NCBI GenBank assembly: GCA_963728205.1
Contig: CAVSIV010000006.1
Span: forward strand, 704,001 to 768,000
Direction of reading: 5' to 3'
Source: an uncultured Chloroflexia bacterium
GTDB lineage: Bacteria > Chloroflexota > Dehalococcoidia > UBA2979
Length of the DNA: 64,000 nt
Under the pieces are notes generated by a model. It was not told the DNA's origin. It did not search any database and worked only from the letters and a program-made list of their open reading frames with translations. A program made the translations under genes and the position numbers. Every line of letters begins with the position of its first letter. Within the stretch, counting starts at the first letter, position 1. This document shows, in pieces, positions 38,424 through 48,819 of this stretch.

Positions 38424-40043
38424 GTGGCCGAGGATACCGGCGCGACAGCAGCCGACGATCAACTGCCCGCGTATGTGCGCGGGCTTCTCGATCCCGCCGC
38501 CTACCCACACGCGCCCTCCCGCGTGACCCCGGTGCAGACGCACATCTCCTATGTCTTCCTCGCCGACGACCTCGTCTACAAGACGAAGAAGCCGGTCGAC
38601 TTCGGCTTCATCAACCAGGTCGACGCCGCCGCGCGCGAGCGCTTCTGCCACGCGGAGGTCGATCTCAACCGCCGCCTCGCGCCCGACGTCTATCTCGACG
38701 TCGTGCCGGTCGTGCGACTCGCGGGCGGCGGCTTTGCGGTCGAGCCGTCGCCCGACCGAGCCGCCGGCGGCGAGGTCGTGGAGTGGGCGGTGAAGATGCG
38801 CCGCCTGCCCGACGACCGCACGCTCGCCGCGCTGCTCGCCGCGCACGACGCGCCGGCCGACATCGTGCCGCGCCTCGTCTCGCGGCTGGTCGCGTTCCAC
38901 GAGCAGGCGCGGCGCGTCCCCAACGACCCCGCCTTCGCCGGCGGCGCGGCGGAGCGCGCGTGGTGGACGCGCGAGTCGGGCGAGGGCGAGGGCTTCATCG
39001 GCCGCACGTGGGACGCGCGCGACGCCGCCCGCACGCGTCGCTTCGCCGAGACGACCGTCGAGAGGGAGCAGGCGCTCTTCGACGCGCGGCTCGCCGACGG
39101 GCTCGTCGTCGAGGGCCACGGCGACCTGCACGCCAACCACGTCTACGTGCTCGGCCCGCGCGTCGAGGACCTCGCGATCGTCGACTGCATCGAGTTCAGC
39201 GACTGGTTCCAGTTCCGCTACCTCGACGTCGGCTACGACGTCGCGTTCCTGGCGATGGACCTCGAGGCGCGCGGCTACCCGGAGCTCGGCGACGAGCTCG
39301 CCGGCCGCTACATCGCGCGGCGGCAGGACGAGACGATGGGCGTGCTGCAGCCGCTGCACCGCGCGTTTCGCGCGTTCGTGCGCGGGAAGGTGGAGTCGAT
39401 CGGCGCGTTCGCGCCCGAGGTGCCGGTCGAAGAGCGGCGGCGGCTCGAGCGCTCCGCCGCGGCCTACTTCCGGCTGGCCGCGCAGTATGCGGATCGGCGC
39501 GCCGACCCGGCCGTGATCGTGCTCGCCGGGCTCTCCGGCACCGGGAAGTCGACGGTCGGCGGGGCGCTCGCGGGGCGCATCGGCGCGGCGATGGTGTCGT
39601 CCGACCGCGTGCGCCGCGACCTCGGGGGGTCGTCGCGCATGTGGCAGCGGTTCGAAGAGGGCGCGTACTCGCCGGAGCTCAGCGCGCGCACCTACGCGGA
39701 GATGCGCCGCCGCGCGGCGGCCCACCTCGCGGCCGGCCGGCCGGTGATCCTGGACGCCACGCACGCGCGCCGCGCCGACCGCGACGCCGCGCAGCAGCTC
39801 GCGCGCGACGCCGGCGTGCCGTCACTGATCGTCGAGCTGCGGCTCGACGGCGCGGAGGCGCTGGCGCGCCTGGCCGAGCGCGAGCTCGCGCAGCACGACA
39901 CGCGCGTCGACCCCGAGGCGTTCCGGCAGCACGTCGGGTCGTTCGAGGCGATCACACCGGCCGAGGGCCGGCTGCTCTCGGTCGACGCCGCGCAGCCGCC
40001 CGGCATGCTCGCGCGCGAAGCCGCCGACGCGCTCGCGGACTGA
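38424..40043 (+). CDS. bifunctional APH-like phosphotransferase / P-loop kinase (Rv2004c-like)
   Basis: QTHIS, EVDLNRRLAP, HGDLH, DCIEF, GLSGTGKST, SSDRVR, ILDAT. Confidence 0.88.
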   Translation: MAEDTGATAADDQLPAYVRGLLDPAAYPHAPSRVTPVQTHISYVFLADDLVYKTKKPVDFGFINQVDAAARERFCHAEVDLNRRLAPDVYLDVVPVVRLAGGGFAVEPSPDRAAGGEVVEWAVKMRRLPDDRTLAALLAAHDAPADIVPRLVSRLVAFHEQARRVPNDPAFAGGAAERAWWTRESGEGEGFIGRTWDARDAARTRRFAETTVEREQALFDARLADGLVVEGHGDLHANHVYVLGPRVEDLAIVDCIEFSDWFQFRYLDVGYDVAFLAMDLEARGYPELGDELAGRYIARRQDETMGVLQPLHRAFRAFVRGKVESIGAFAPEVPVEERRRLERSAAAYFRLAAQYADRRADPAVIVLAGLSGTGKSTVGGALAGRIGAAMVSSDRVRRDLGGSSRMWQRFEEGAYSPELSARTYAEMRRRAAAHLAAGRPVILDATHARRADRDAAQQLARDAGVPSLIVELRLDGAEALARLAERELAQHDTRVDPEAFRQHVGSFEAITPAEGRLLSVDAAQPPGMLAREAADALAD

Positions 40044-40071
40044 CGCGGGCGGGGCCGCGCGTGCCCGCCGT

Positions 40072-40162
40072 CAAGCGGCGGCAGACATGCCGCCGACGGA
40101 ACGCGGACGCAGTCCGCGGCTGGCGCCGCGCGTCGTGTCGGCGGCATGTCTGCCGCCGCTTT
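40072..40162. repeat. REP/REPIN-like element, copy 10
   Basis: AAGCGGCGGCAGACATGCCGCCGAC...CGCGGACGCAGTCCGCG...GTCGGCGGCATGTCTGCCGCCGCTT. Confidence 0.9.
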
Positions 40163-40235
40163 GGCCGCCCCGCTCGCCGGGGGCGGCGCCGGTGCTACAT
40201 TCGGCGCCGTTCGCCCCGTCGCCGAGGAGCCGCCC

Positions 40236-41402
40236 ATGCCCGAGTCCCTCACCCCCGAGCTCGTCGCACTGCGCGACCGCGTGCAGGCCTTCGTCGACGA
40301 CGACCTGCGTCCGCTGGAGGACGCGCTCGGCGACGACCCGGACCCCGCGGTCCCCGACGACACGCGACGCCGCGTGCGCGAGCGCTCCCGCGAGCTCGGC
40401 CTCTTCCAGATGACGCAGCCGGCCGCGTTCGGCGGCGCCTCGACGGGGCCGCTCGCACTCACGGTCGTGCGCGAGACGCTCGCCGCCGCCAACCTCCGCC
40501 TCACCCGCTTCGTCTTCGGCCCCGGCCCGGGCGTGCTCGGGCAGGCCACCGGTGAGCTGCGCGAGCGCTATCTCGAACCGCTGCTGCGCGGCGAGAAGAG
40601 CGGCGCGTGGGCGTTCACCGAGCCGGCCGTCATGGCCGACGGCCAGCGCCCGACGTGGGCGCGCCGCGACGGCGACGACCTCGTGATCACCGGCCGCAAG
40701 GCCTACGTCAGCGGCGGCGCCACCGCCGACTTCTACTCGGTGCTGGTCAACGTCGAGGAGGACGCCGGCGGCCCCGGCGGCACCGCCATGGTCGTCGTCG
40801 ACCGCGACGTGCCCGGGCTGTCGATCGAGCGCGCGTTCCACAGCATGGAGGGCGGCAACCACGTCGAGCTGCACCTCGACGGCGTGCGCGTGCCGCAGAG
40901 CCGCGTGGTCGGCAAGGTGGGCGAGGGCATGCCGCGCGCGCTTGGCAACATCAGCCAGATGCGGCTCGGCATGGCCGCGCAGGCCTCCGGTCTCGCGATA
41001 TGGACGACCAACTACGTCGAGCAGCACATCACCGCGCCGCACCGCAGCGGCGTGCGCCTGGGCGACCGCGAGGGCGTGCGCATGCACTTCGCCGAGATGC
41101 GCATCGGCACCTACGCCGCGCGCGCGATGCTCTACCGCACCGCGCGCCTGGTGGAGGCGGCCGAGCGCGAGGACGAGGTGATGAACGAGGTGATGGCGAC
41201 AAAGGTCTTCACGACCGAGCACGTCGGCCGGGCCGTCGACACCGCGATCCAGCTCGTCGGCGGCCAGGCGCTGATCGTGGGCCATCCGCTGGAGCGGCTC
41301 TACCGCCAGGTGCGGTCGATGCGCATCGCCGAGGGCGCGTCGGACCTGCTGCGCCTCAACCTCGCGCGCGGCCGCATCGAGTTCCACGCGGGCCGGCTGT
41401 AG
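40236..41402 (+). CDS. acyl-CoA dehydrogenase family protein
   Basis: AFTEP, ITGRKAYVS, IQLVGG, LERLYR, RIAEGAS; GAGGAG RBS. Confidence 0.9.
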   Translation: MPESLTPELVALRDRVQAFVDDDLRPLEDALGDDPDPAVPDDTRRRVRERSRELGLFQMTQPAAFGGASTGPLALTVVRETLAAANLRLTRFVFGPGPGVLGQATGELRERYLEPLLRGEKSGAWAFTEPAVMADGQRPTWARRDGDDLVITGRKAYVSGGATADFYSVLVNVEEDAGGPGGTAMVVVDRDVPGLSIERAFHSMEGGNHVELHLDGVRVPQSRVVGKVGEGMPRALGNISQMRLGMAAQASGLAIWTTNYVEQHITAPHRSGVRLGDREGVRMHFAEMRIGTYAARAMLYRTARLVEAAEREDEVMNEVMATKVFTTEHVGRAVDTAIQLVGGQALIVGHPLERLYRQVRSMRIAEGASDLLRLNLARGRIEFHAGRL

Positions 41403-41487
41403 CGACGTCGGACGCGCCGCCGCGCACAACGACGGCAGGCGCCAACGGCGAGCGGCGAGCCGCCGGCCCGCTGGTATCGTCGGCCAC

Positions 41488-42273
41488 GTGACGACCTCTC
41501 CCGACCGGCCCACCCTCCGCATCGTCGGCTGGAACATCCGCGCCGGCGGCGGACGGCGCGCCGTCGCGATCGCCGACCAGCTCGCGCGCTGGTCCCCCGA
41601 CGTCGTCGCACTGAGCGAGTTCCGGGCCACCCCGCCGAGCGCCGCGCTCGCGGCCGCCCTCGCCGCCGCCGGCCTCGCGCATCAGCGCACCACCGCCGAC
41701 CCGCGCGACCCGCGCACGAACGCGCTGCTGCTCGCAGCGCGCTGGCCCGTACGCGCCGTCGGGCTGCAGCGCGCTCCGGCCGAGCCGCGGCGCTGGCTGC
41801 TCGCGCGCGTCGCCGCGCCCGCCGCTGCCGGCGGTCCGTTCGCGGTCGGCGCGCTGCACGCGCCGAACTTCGTGACCGGCCGCAAGCTGCCGTTCCTCGA
41901 CGCGCTGCACGACGTCGTCCGCGCGTGGCGCGGCGGCCCTGCGCTGCTGATCGGCGACACTAACACCGGCCGCAGCGGAGTCGACGAAGAGTCGCCGGTC
42001 TTCGACCGCCGTCACCACGACTGGATGGAGGCGATGCACGCGCGCTGGCCCGACGCCTTCCGGCACCACCACGGCGACGGCGCCCGCGCGTTCACCTGGT
42101 ACTCGCCGAACGCGGGAAACGGGTTCCGGCTGGACGAGGCGTTCCTCGAGCGCCGTCTCGCACGGCGCCTGCTCGACGTCCGCTACGCGTGGGGCGCGGA
42201 CGCGGCGCCGGCCGCCGCCCGGCGCGACGCGCTCAGCGACCACGCCGCGCTGATTGTCGACCTCGCCCGCTGA
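41488..42273 (+). CDS. EEP family (ExoIII-like) protein
   Basis: WNI, DVVALSE, IGDTN, FTWYS, FRLD, SDHAAL. Confidence 0.82.
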   Translation: MTTSPDRPTLRIVGWNIRAGGGRRAVAIADQLARWSPDVVALSEFRATPPSAALAAALAAAGLAHQRTTADPRDPRTNALLLAARWPVRAVGLQRAPAEPRRWLLARVAAPAAAGGPFAVGALHAPNFVTGRKLPFLDALHDVVRAWRGGPALLIGDTNTGRSGVDEESPVFDRRHHDWMEAMHARWPDAFRHHHGDGARAFTWYSPNAGNGFRLDEAFLERRLARRLLDVRYAWGADAAPAAARRDALSDHAALIVDLAR

Positions 42274-42282
42274 CCCCTCCCC

Positions 42283-42450
42283 CAAGCGGCGGCAGACACG
42301 CCGCCGATATCGGCGGCGGCCGCGGCCGCCGATCCGCGGCAACGCACACCGGCGGCGTGGGCGCGGCGCCTGCGCCGGGTCTTGCCTGCTCGCTCCGGGA
42401 TCGGCGGCGGCCGCCGCCGGCCACATCGGCGGCGTGTCTGCCGCCGCTTG
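42283..42450. repeat. REP/REPIN-like element, copy 11 (long spacer)
   Basis: CAAGCGGCGGCAGACACGCCGCCGAT ... ATCGGCGGCGTGTCTGCCGCCGCTTG, between convergent genes. Confidence 0.88.
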
Positions 42451-42478
42451 CGGCGGACGGGCGGCGCGCCCGACCGCC

Positions 42479-43456
42479 CTACTTCCGCGCCATCGCGGCC
42501 GCCGCGTCGAACGTCGCCTGGATCGAGCGGCGCATCACGGCGTCGACGTCGTCCTCGCTCGCGCCGTGCTCGCGCAGCCACGGCAGCTCCCACGTCGGCA
42601 CCGGCAGCCAGCAGTCGGGGTTCGCCGGCCGCGGGCCGCCGAAGCGCATGCACGGCGAGCCGTCGTGGCCCAGGCACGTCTGCTCGGCGTAGCCCGCCTG
42701 GATCAGCTCGAGCGCGAGGCCCGCGCGACGCTCCATCTCCTCCTCGCCGCGCATCGTCCCGAAGCGGTCGAGCCCGACGGTCGAGCCGCGCGCCGCCAGG
42801 CGCTTGAGGTAGTCGACGTCGTGCGAGTCGTTCGAGTGGCCGATGGTGACGGCGCGCAGGTCGAGGCCCTCGTCCTCGAAGATGTCGAGCAGCGGGGTGC
42901 CGAGCTCGTCGGTCGCGAGCGTGTGGCACGAGATCGGCACGCCGGCCGCCTTCGCCGCGCGGGCGGCGCCGCGCGCGCAGCGCTCGAGGTTCGCGCGCGG
43001 GCTGAAGCCCGGCGGGCCGTCGTTGAGCCGGTACTCGAGGTCCCACGCCAGCTTGATGATGCCGGGCTTGATGCTGGTGCCCTCGATGCCGTCGCGGAGC
43101 TCTCGCAGGAAGTGCTCGGCGACGTCGTCCGGGTCGCGGCCCATCAGGTACGCGGGCACCCAGCGGTAGACGCCGGTCGCGCACACGACGTGCACGCCGG
43201 TGTTGGCCTCGGCGACGCGCTGGAACAGCGCGATCTGCCGGCCGAGGTCGAACGGCGTGAGGTCGATCAGCGCGTCGATGCCGGCGGCCTTCACGCGCTT
43301 GAGCGCCTCGACGTTCGACGCGACGGCCTCGTCCGTGTCGAAGATCCAGGGCAGCCGCTCCATGCCGGCGGCGCCTGCCGTGAAGTGCTCGTGCGACAGC
43401 GTGCGGCCGAGCTGGCTGCTGTCGATCGGCCCGTTGATGGTCTGAACGGTGCTCAC
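42479..43456 (-). CDS. phosphotriesterase-family amidohydrolase
   Basis: TLSHEH, VCATG, GIIKLA, CHT, IGHS, GLDRFG, LGHD. Confidence 0.88.
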   Translation of the reverse strand: MSTVQTINGPIDSSQLGRTLSHEHFTAGAAGMERLPWIFDTDEAVASNVEALKRVKAAGIDALIDLTPFDLGRQIALFQRVAEANTGVHVVCATGVYRWVPAYLMGRDPDDVAEHFLRELRDGIEGTSIKPGIIKLAWDLEYRLNDGPPGFSPRANLERCARGAARAAKAAGVPISCHTLATDELGTPLLDIFEDEGLDLRAVTIGHSNDSHDVDYLKRLAARGSTVGLDRFGTMRGEEEMERRAGLALELIQAGYAEQTCLGHDGSPCMRFGGPRPANPDCWLPVPTWELPWLREHGASEDDVDAVMRRSIQATFDAAAAMARK

Positions 43457-43717
43457 CGAGATCGCTCCCCCCGCGATGCAGGCCGGGCCGCGTCGATGCG
43501 CGGCCGTGCTGGCGTGCGCACTCTACGCCATGCATTTCCGCGCTCGTGGTGCGCGGTCCCGCGCTCGCGCGGGACCGCGCACCAATCCTCCTCCGCGCAT
43601 GTCGGCTGACACCGGCACGCGCTCCGTCGGCGCGCGGTCGTCGTGATGCGGCTCGGCGGCATGCGCGCGGAGAGACGCCGTACTATGGCGCGCGCCGCAC
43701 ACGCGAGGGAGGCCCCG

Positions 43718-44623
43718 ATGTCCATCGACGAAGCGCTGCTCCGGCACCTCTACCGCTACGATCGCACGCTGCCGCTCCTGCCCACGAGCGAACCCGAGAC
43801 CGTGATCGACATGCGCACGATGGCGCCGGTCGAGTCGCTCGCGCGTGAGCGCGTGACGTTCGGCTCGACGCACGATCAGCGCGTGCTCGCCACCCTCACG
43901 ATGCCGGCGACGGGCGCGCCGTTCGCGGCGATCATCCTGCAGCACGGCTCGACGCCGATGGGCCGGCACTCCTGGCAGACGCGGCCCGCCGGCCCGCTGC
44001 ACGTCACGCTCGCGCAGGCCGGGTTCATGACGGTCGCCGTCGACGCCTACGGCTTCGGCTCGCGTGAGACGCCCGACGACCGCGGTCGCCTGCGCAGCGA
44101 CCGGCCCGACCTCCTCTTCCGCACACGCGACCAGCGCATGCAGGCGGTGCAGGATCTGATGCGCACCGTCGACCACCTGCAGACACGCGACGACGTTCGC
44201 GGCGATGCGATCGGCTACCTCGGCGTGTCGATGGGCTGCCGCATCGGCGTGCCGTTCTTCGCGCTCGACCCGCGGGTCGCCGCCGGCGCGTTCTTCGTCG
44301 GCGGCACCGCGCCGTACTCGCGCTTCGCGGTGCGCGGGACCGCGTTCGCCGACCTCGAGAGCGACGAGCGCCTGGCATTCGAGCTGACCGATCCGATCAC
44401 CTTCGCGCCGCTCACCGCCGGCCGTCCCGTGTTCATGGCGAACGGCCGGCGCGACGTGCTCGTCACGGAGGAGGGCGGCCGCGTGCTGCAGGCCGCGATG
44501 GGCGAGCCAAAGACGCTGCGCTGGTTCGAGGGCGGCCACGGCGAGTCGCCGCCGGAGCTGTTCGACGAGGCGCGCGACTTCCTCGCCGAGCACCTCGGCG
44601 CACGCGTAGCCGCCGGACGGTGA
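43718..44623 (+). CDS. alpha/beta hydrolase (DLH/peptidase S9-like)
   Basis: GGAGG RBS; QHG, GYLGVSMG nucleophile elbow, NGRRD, GGH. Confidence 0.8.
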   Translation: MSIDEALLRHLYRYDRTLPLLPTSEPETVIDMRTMAPVESLARERVTFGSTHDQRVLATLTMPATGAPFAAIILQHGSTPMGRHSWQTRPAGPLHVTLAQAGFMTVAVDAYGFGSRETPDDRGRLRSDRPDLLFRTRDQRMQAVQDLMRTVDHLQTRDDVRGDAIGYLGVSMGCRIGVPFFALDPRVAAGAFFVGGTAPYSRFAVRGTAFADLESDERLAFELTDPITFAPLTAGRPVFMANGRRDVLVTEEGGRVLQAAMGEPKTLRWFEGGHGESPPELFDEARDFLAEHLGARVAAGR

Positions 44624-44658
44624 TCAACACGCACCGCCTCGCCACAATCGCCGCGTCG

Positions 44659-44813
44659 CAAGCGGCGGCAGACACGCCGCCGACCGCGGCGCTGCCGCAC
44701 GACCGCGCGCCGCGGCCCGCGCTCGCCCCCCTCAGCGGCGGCAGACACGCCGCCGACACCGAACGCGTCCTGGAGGGCGCGACCTGCCGGCGGCGTGTCT
44801 GCCGCCGCTGAGG
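44659..44813. repeat. REP cluster, copy 12 (two left arms, one right arm)
   Basis: AGCGGCGGCAGACACGCCGCCGAC at about 44661 and 44734; CGGCGGCGTGTCTGCCGCCGCTGAGG at 44788. Confidence 0.88.
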
Positions 44814-44865
44814 TTCACTCCGGACCCCGCCCGTCCCCGACGACCCGGCCACGAAGGAGCCCCCG

Positions 44866-45462
44866 ATGCCCGCACTCCAGTATTGCCCCCGCTGCGCCAC
44901 CACCCTCACCACGAAGCCCGACGGCGGCCGCGACCGCCTCGCCTGCCCCGACGATTCGTGCGGCTTCATCCACTACGGCGACTTCTCGATCGGCTGCGCC
45001 GGCGTCGTGATCCGCGACGGCCGCGCGCTGCTCGTGCAGCGCGGCATGCAGCCGTTCGCCGGCTCGTGGCAGATCCCCGGCGGCTACGTCGAGCACGACG
45101 AGCCGCTCACGCTCGCGGTCGAGCGGGAGGTGCTCGAGGAGGCGAACATCGAGGCGAAGGTGCGCGACGTGATCGCGTTCCGCCACTCGATCGGCGGCTC
45201 GATCGGCGGGCCGAGCACGAACCTCTACGTCGTCTTCCGCCTCGACCCCGTTTCCGGCGAGCCGCAGGCCGACGGCGACGAGGTCCGCGAAGCCGGGTTC
45301 TTCACGCTCGACGAGATGGCGCAGATGGAGGCCGTGCAGGGGCTGTCGCGCTGGGCGATCGAGAAGGCCCTCGCGACCCCGACGGACGGCGGGCTCCAGC
45401 TCGACTCCGGCGCGATGGGGAGCGTGCGTCCCGGCTGGCAGCTGTTCGGTCTGCCGCACTGA
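44866..45462 (+). CDS. NUDIX hydrolase with an N-terminal zinc ribbon
   Basis: YCPRC...ACPDDSC; Nudix box PGGYVEHDE...EREVLEEAN; AAGGAG RBS. Confidence 0.9.
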   Translation: MPALQYCPRCATTLTTKPDGGRDRLACPDDSCGFIHYGDFSIGCAGVVIRDGRALLVQRGMQPFAGSWQIPGGYVEHDEPLTLAVEREVLEEANIEAKVRDVIAFRHSIGGSIGGPSTNLYVVFRLDPVSGEPQADGDEVREAGFFTLDEMAQMEAVQGLSRWAIEKALATPTDGGLQLDSGAMGSVRPGWQLFGLPH

Positions 45463-45606
45463 GCCGCCAGGCGCCGGGAGGGGTCCGCCCGGGTAGCCAC
45501 GGGTACCCCCGGGGTGTATTCTGCCTCGACGAACTCTTCCGTGAACGTAATGGTCACGGTTGGCCTGTCTGAACCGCGCGTTGCGCCCCACCGAGCGGAG
45601 CCTCCC

Positions 45607-47064
45607 GTGAGCATCACGCCACCCCCGTCGCGACGGGCCGATGATGAGAGCGATCCTCGCGGACACACGGGCCTGACCGGCGCACGAAACGGCGAGACGC
45701 ACCTCAACGGTGCGATGAATGGGCGACACAGCGCGGTCGCCGAGCCGCCCCCGCCGCCGCCCTCAGCTGCCCCGATCGCGACCGAGAGCGGCCGTCGCGG
45801 CGCACCGCCGTCACGCGGCCGCGCCGTCGCGGCGAACATGTTCGACTCGCTGTCGCACACCGGCTTCCGCTGGTTCTTCGGCGCGATGATGGGCCAGATG
45901 GCCTCGATGAACATGCAGATGCTCGTCCGGGGCTACCTCGTCTATCAGATCACCGGCTCGTACGCAGACCTCGGCGTCGTCTCGCTCGCGTCGGCCGCGC
46001 CGATGATCCTGCTCTCGCTCCACGGCGGCGTGATCGCCGATCGCGTGCCCTGGAAGAAGTACGTGGTGATGGGGGGCCAGTTCCTCAGCGCGATGAACGC
46101 GCTGTGGATCGCCCTCCTCCTCGTGGTGGGAGTGCTCTCGTTCCCGGCGCTGCTCGTGGCCGCCGTCCTCCAGGGCGTGATCCAGGCGCTGATGATGCCG
46201 GCGCGCCAGGCGATGATCCCCGAGGTCGTCGGGATGCGGCGGCTGATGAACGCCGTCGCGCTGAACTCGGCGGGCATGAACTCGATGCGCCTGATCGCCC
46301 CGGCGATCGGCGGGTTCCTGCTCGCGCTCTGGAACCCGTCCTGGGTCTACTTCATCATGACCGCCGGCTACCTCTGGGCGACGGTGCTGCTGATCAAGGT
46401 GCCGAAGGAGCCCGACCCCGCCTTCTACGACGACCGCCAGGGCGGCACGCCACGCGGCGGCCGGCGCCACGAGCCGGGCGGCCTGTTCGACGGCATCCGC
46501 TACATCATGCACGAGCCGACGCTCCGCATGATCCTCGGCGTGAACGTGCTGCTGATCCTGATGTCGATGCCCTACGTCTTCCTGCTGCCCGGCTTCGTCG
46601 AGAGCGTGCTGCACGAGGGCCCGGACAAGCTCGGACTCTTGCTCAGCTTCACCGGCGGCGGATCGCTCGTCGGCGCGCTCGTGATCGCCGCGCTGCCGCC
46701 GAAGCGGCGAGGCATGCTCTTCCTCCTCTCGTCGCTCTTCCAGGGCATCATGCTGATCGTCTTCTCGTGGTCCACGTGGTTCTGGATCACGGCGCCGGTC
46801 ATGGCGCTGATGGGCATCGGACAGGCGGGACGGCAGTCGTTCAGCAACGTCCTCGTCCAGTCGTACACGGACGACGAGCACCGCGGGCGCGTGATGAGCG
46901 TCTACATGTGGCAGTTCGGCCTGACGTCGCTCGGGACCTTCATCGTCGGCGTCATGGCGTCGCTGATCGGCGCGCAGCTGGCGCTGGGCGGCACGTCCGT
47001 CGCGATGGTGGTCATCGCGCTGGCCGTGCTCGCGTTCTCGCCGCGCATGCGCAACCTCGACTAG
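45607..47064 (+). CDS. MFS transporter (EntS/DHA3-like)
   Basis: GGVIADR, PARQAMIPE, NAVALNS, RGRVMS, about 12 TM segments; start uncertain (GGAG plus GTG at 45607). Confidence 0.88.
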   Translation: MSITPPPSRRADDESDPRGHTGLTGARNGETHLNGAMNGRHSAVAEPPPPPPSAAPIATESGRRGAPPSRGRAVAANMFDSLSHTGFRWFFGAMMGQMASMNMQMLVRGYLVYQITGSYADLGVVSLASAAPMILLSLHGGVIADRVPWKKYVVMGGQFLSAMNALWIALLLVVGVLSFPALLVAAVLQGVIQALMMPARQAMIPEVVGMRRLMNAVALNSAGMNSMRLIAPAIGGFLLALWNPSWVYFIMTAGYLWATVLLIKVPKEPDPAFYDDRQGGTPRGGRRHEPGGLFDGIRYIMHEPTLRMILGVNVLLILMSMPYVFLLPGFVESVLHEGPDKLGLLLSFTGGGSLVGALVIAALPPKRRGMLFLLSSLFQGIMLIVFSWSTWFWITAPVMALMGIGQAGRQSFSNVLVQSYTDDEHRGRVMSVYMWQFGLTSLGTFIVGVMASLIGAQLALGGTSVAMVVIALAVLAFSPRMRNLD

Positions 47065-47130
47065 CACCGGCCCCGCCGGTTCCGGCGTCCGTTCGCGGCG
47101 AGTGGACGGGCCTCGCGCGCGCGTAGGAAC

Positions 47131-48819
47131 ATGCGGCGCGTGAACGGGTTCGCAGCGCAAGAGCGAAGCGGCAGCTGGCGCTGGGCGATCCCCGCGCTGC
47201 TCCTCGTCGCACCCTTCGCCCTCTGGCCCATCGGCGCGCTCGCCTGGCGCGCCGCGTCGCCCGGGGGCGCGCTCTCCGCGAGCGTCGTCGCCGACATGGC
47301 GCGCAGTCGCTTCTACTGGGGCCGGCTCGGGTACACGACGCTCGAGGCGACGGCCTCGCTCGCGCTCGCACTCGTCGTGGGGCTGCCCACGGCCTACGTC
47401 TGCTCGCGGCTGCGCTTCCCGCTGCGCAGCCTGCTCCGGCTGCTCGCGACGCTGCCACTCCTCGTACCGACGCTCGTCATCGCCCTCGCCTTCCGCCAGG
47501 TGCTCGCGCCGGGCGGGTGGCTGAACGACGTCCTCGCGGGGCTCGGGCTGGCCCCCGTCCACGCGGCCGGCGCGTTCTGGCCGATCCTCGCGGCGCACAC
47601 GATGTACGGCGTCGCCGTGGTCGCGGCGCTCGTCGGCAACGCCTGGGCGTCCGTCGACGTGCGTGCCGAGGAGGACGCGGCGCTGCTCGGCGCCGACCCG
47701 CGCGGCGTCTTCCGGCACACGACGCTGCCCGCGCTGATGCCGGCGCTGCGGCTCGCATCCGCCATCGTCTTCGTGTTCGCGTTCACGTCCTTCGCGATCG
47801 TGCTGGTGCTCGGGCGGCCGGGCCTGGACACGCTCGAGGTCGTGATCTTCCGCGCGGCGCTCGCCGAGACACGGCTGCCGCAGGCCGCGGTGCTCGTGAT
47901 CGTCCAGGTCGCGGCGACGACGCTCGCGCTGCTCGCGTTCGGCGCGGGCGGCGATTCCGAGCGCGGCGCGCTCCCCGTCGGCACCGGCGGTCACGACGTG
48001 CCGCCCCTGCGCGAGGCGAGCTGGCAGCAGCGGGCGCTCGTGCTCGCCGTCGTCGCCGCGATCGCGCTGCTCACGCTCGCGCCGCTCGCGGCGCTCGTCG
48101 CCGGCGCGCTCAGGACCGGCGCCGCCGGCGGCGTCACGGCCGCGCACTTCCGCCATCTCGTCGACCACGCGGATGCCGCCGGCGTCGCGCCGCTCGACGC
48201 GCTCCGCTGGAGCGCGACCTTCGCCGCCGGCGTCGGCCTGCTCGCCATGATCGCCGGCACCGCCGGCGCGCTGGCCGTCGCTCGGTCGCGCGGGGCGGGG
48301 GGCGTGCTGCTCCGCGCCGTGCTGCGCCTGCCGCTCGCGGTGCCGGCGGTCGGGCTCGCGCTCGCGTTCCTGCTCACGTTCCACCACGGGTGGAACGACC
48401 TGCGCGGGTCGCCCTGGCTCGTGCTGGCAGCGCACACGGTGATCGCCTATCCGATCGTGCTGCGCGTCGTGCTCGGCGCGCCGCGTGCCGACACCGCGCA
48501 CCTCGCCGACGCCGCACGCATGCTCGGCGCGTCGGGCTGGACCGTGTGGCGCGCCGTGCGGCTGCCGCCGGTGCGCCGCGCGATGCTCGTCGGCGCGCTG
48601 CTCGCCGCCGGGCTGTCGCTCGGCGAGTTCGGCGCCACATCGCTGCTGCAGCGCCCCGCCTTCGCCACCGCGCCGATCGCGATCTACGGCGCGCTCGTCC
48701 AGCCCGGCTCCGACGCGCTGGGGCGCGCGCTCGCCCTCTCGACCATCCTGCTCGCCGCCGCCGCCGCGCTCTTCCTCGCGGTGGAGCTCGCGCGCCGGCG
48801 CGACGCGAGGCCACGCTGA
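47131..48819 (+). CDS. ThiP/FbpB-type ABC permease (duplicated domain)
   Basis: two EAA loops EEDAALLGA and DAARMLGAS; FTSFAIVLVLG, SLGEFGAT. Confidence 0.85.
   Translation: MRRVNGFAAQERSGSWRWAIPALLLVAPFALWPIGALAWRAASPGGALSASVVADMARSRFYWGRLGYTTLEATASLALALVVGLPTAYVCSRLRFPLRSLLRLLATLPLLVPTLVIALAFRQVLAPGGWLNDVLAGLGLAPVHAAGAFWPILAAHTMYGVAVVAALVGNAWASVDVRAEEDAALLGADPRGVFRHTTLPALMPALRLASAIVFVFAFTSFAIVLVLGRPGLDTLEVVIFRAALAETRLPQAAVLVIVQVAATTLALLAFGAGGDSERGALPVGTGGHDVPPLREASWQQRALVLAVVAAIALLTLAPLAALVAGALRTGAAGGVTAAHFRHLVDHADAAGVAPLDALRWSATFAAGVGLLAMIAGTAGALAVARSRGAGGVLLRAVLRLPLAVPAVGLALAFLLTFHHGWNDLRGSPWLVLAAHTVIAYPIVLRVVLGAPRADTAHLADAARMLGASGWTVWRAVRLPPVRRAMLVGALLAAGLSLGEFGATSLLQRPAFATAPIAIYGALVQPGSDALGRALALSTILLAAAAALFLAVELARRRDARPR

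Noticed and set aside
38424-40043. Aminoglycoside resistance gene
   Set aside because: The architecture matches the widespread APH-like plus P-loop kinase family, with no evidence of a resistance function.
45463-45606. Riboswitch upstream of the MFS/ThiP-like genes
   Set aside because: No TPP-riboswitch core (CTGAGA...) or other recognisable aptamer was seen; an Rfam search would be needed.
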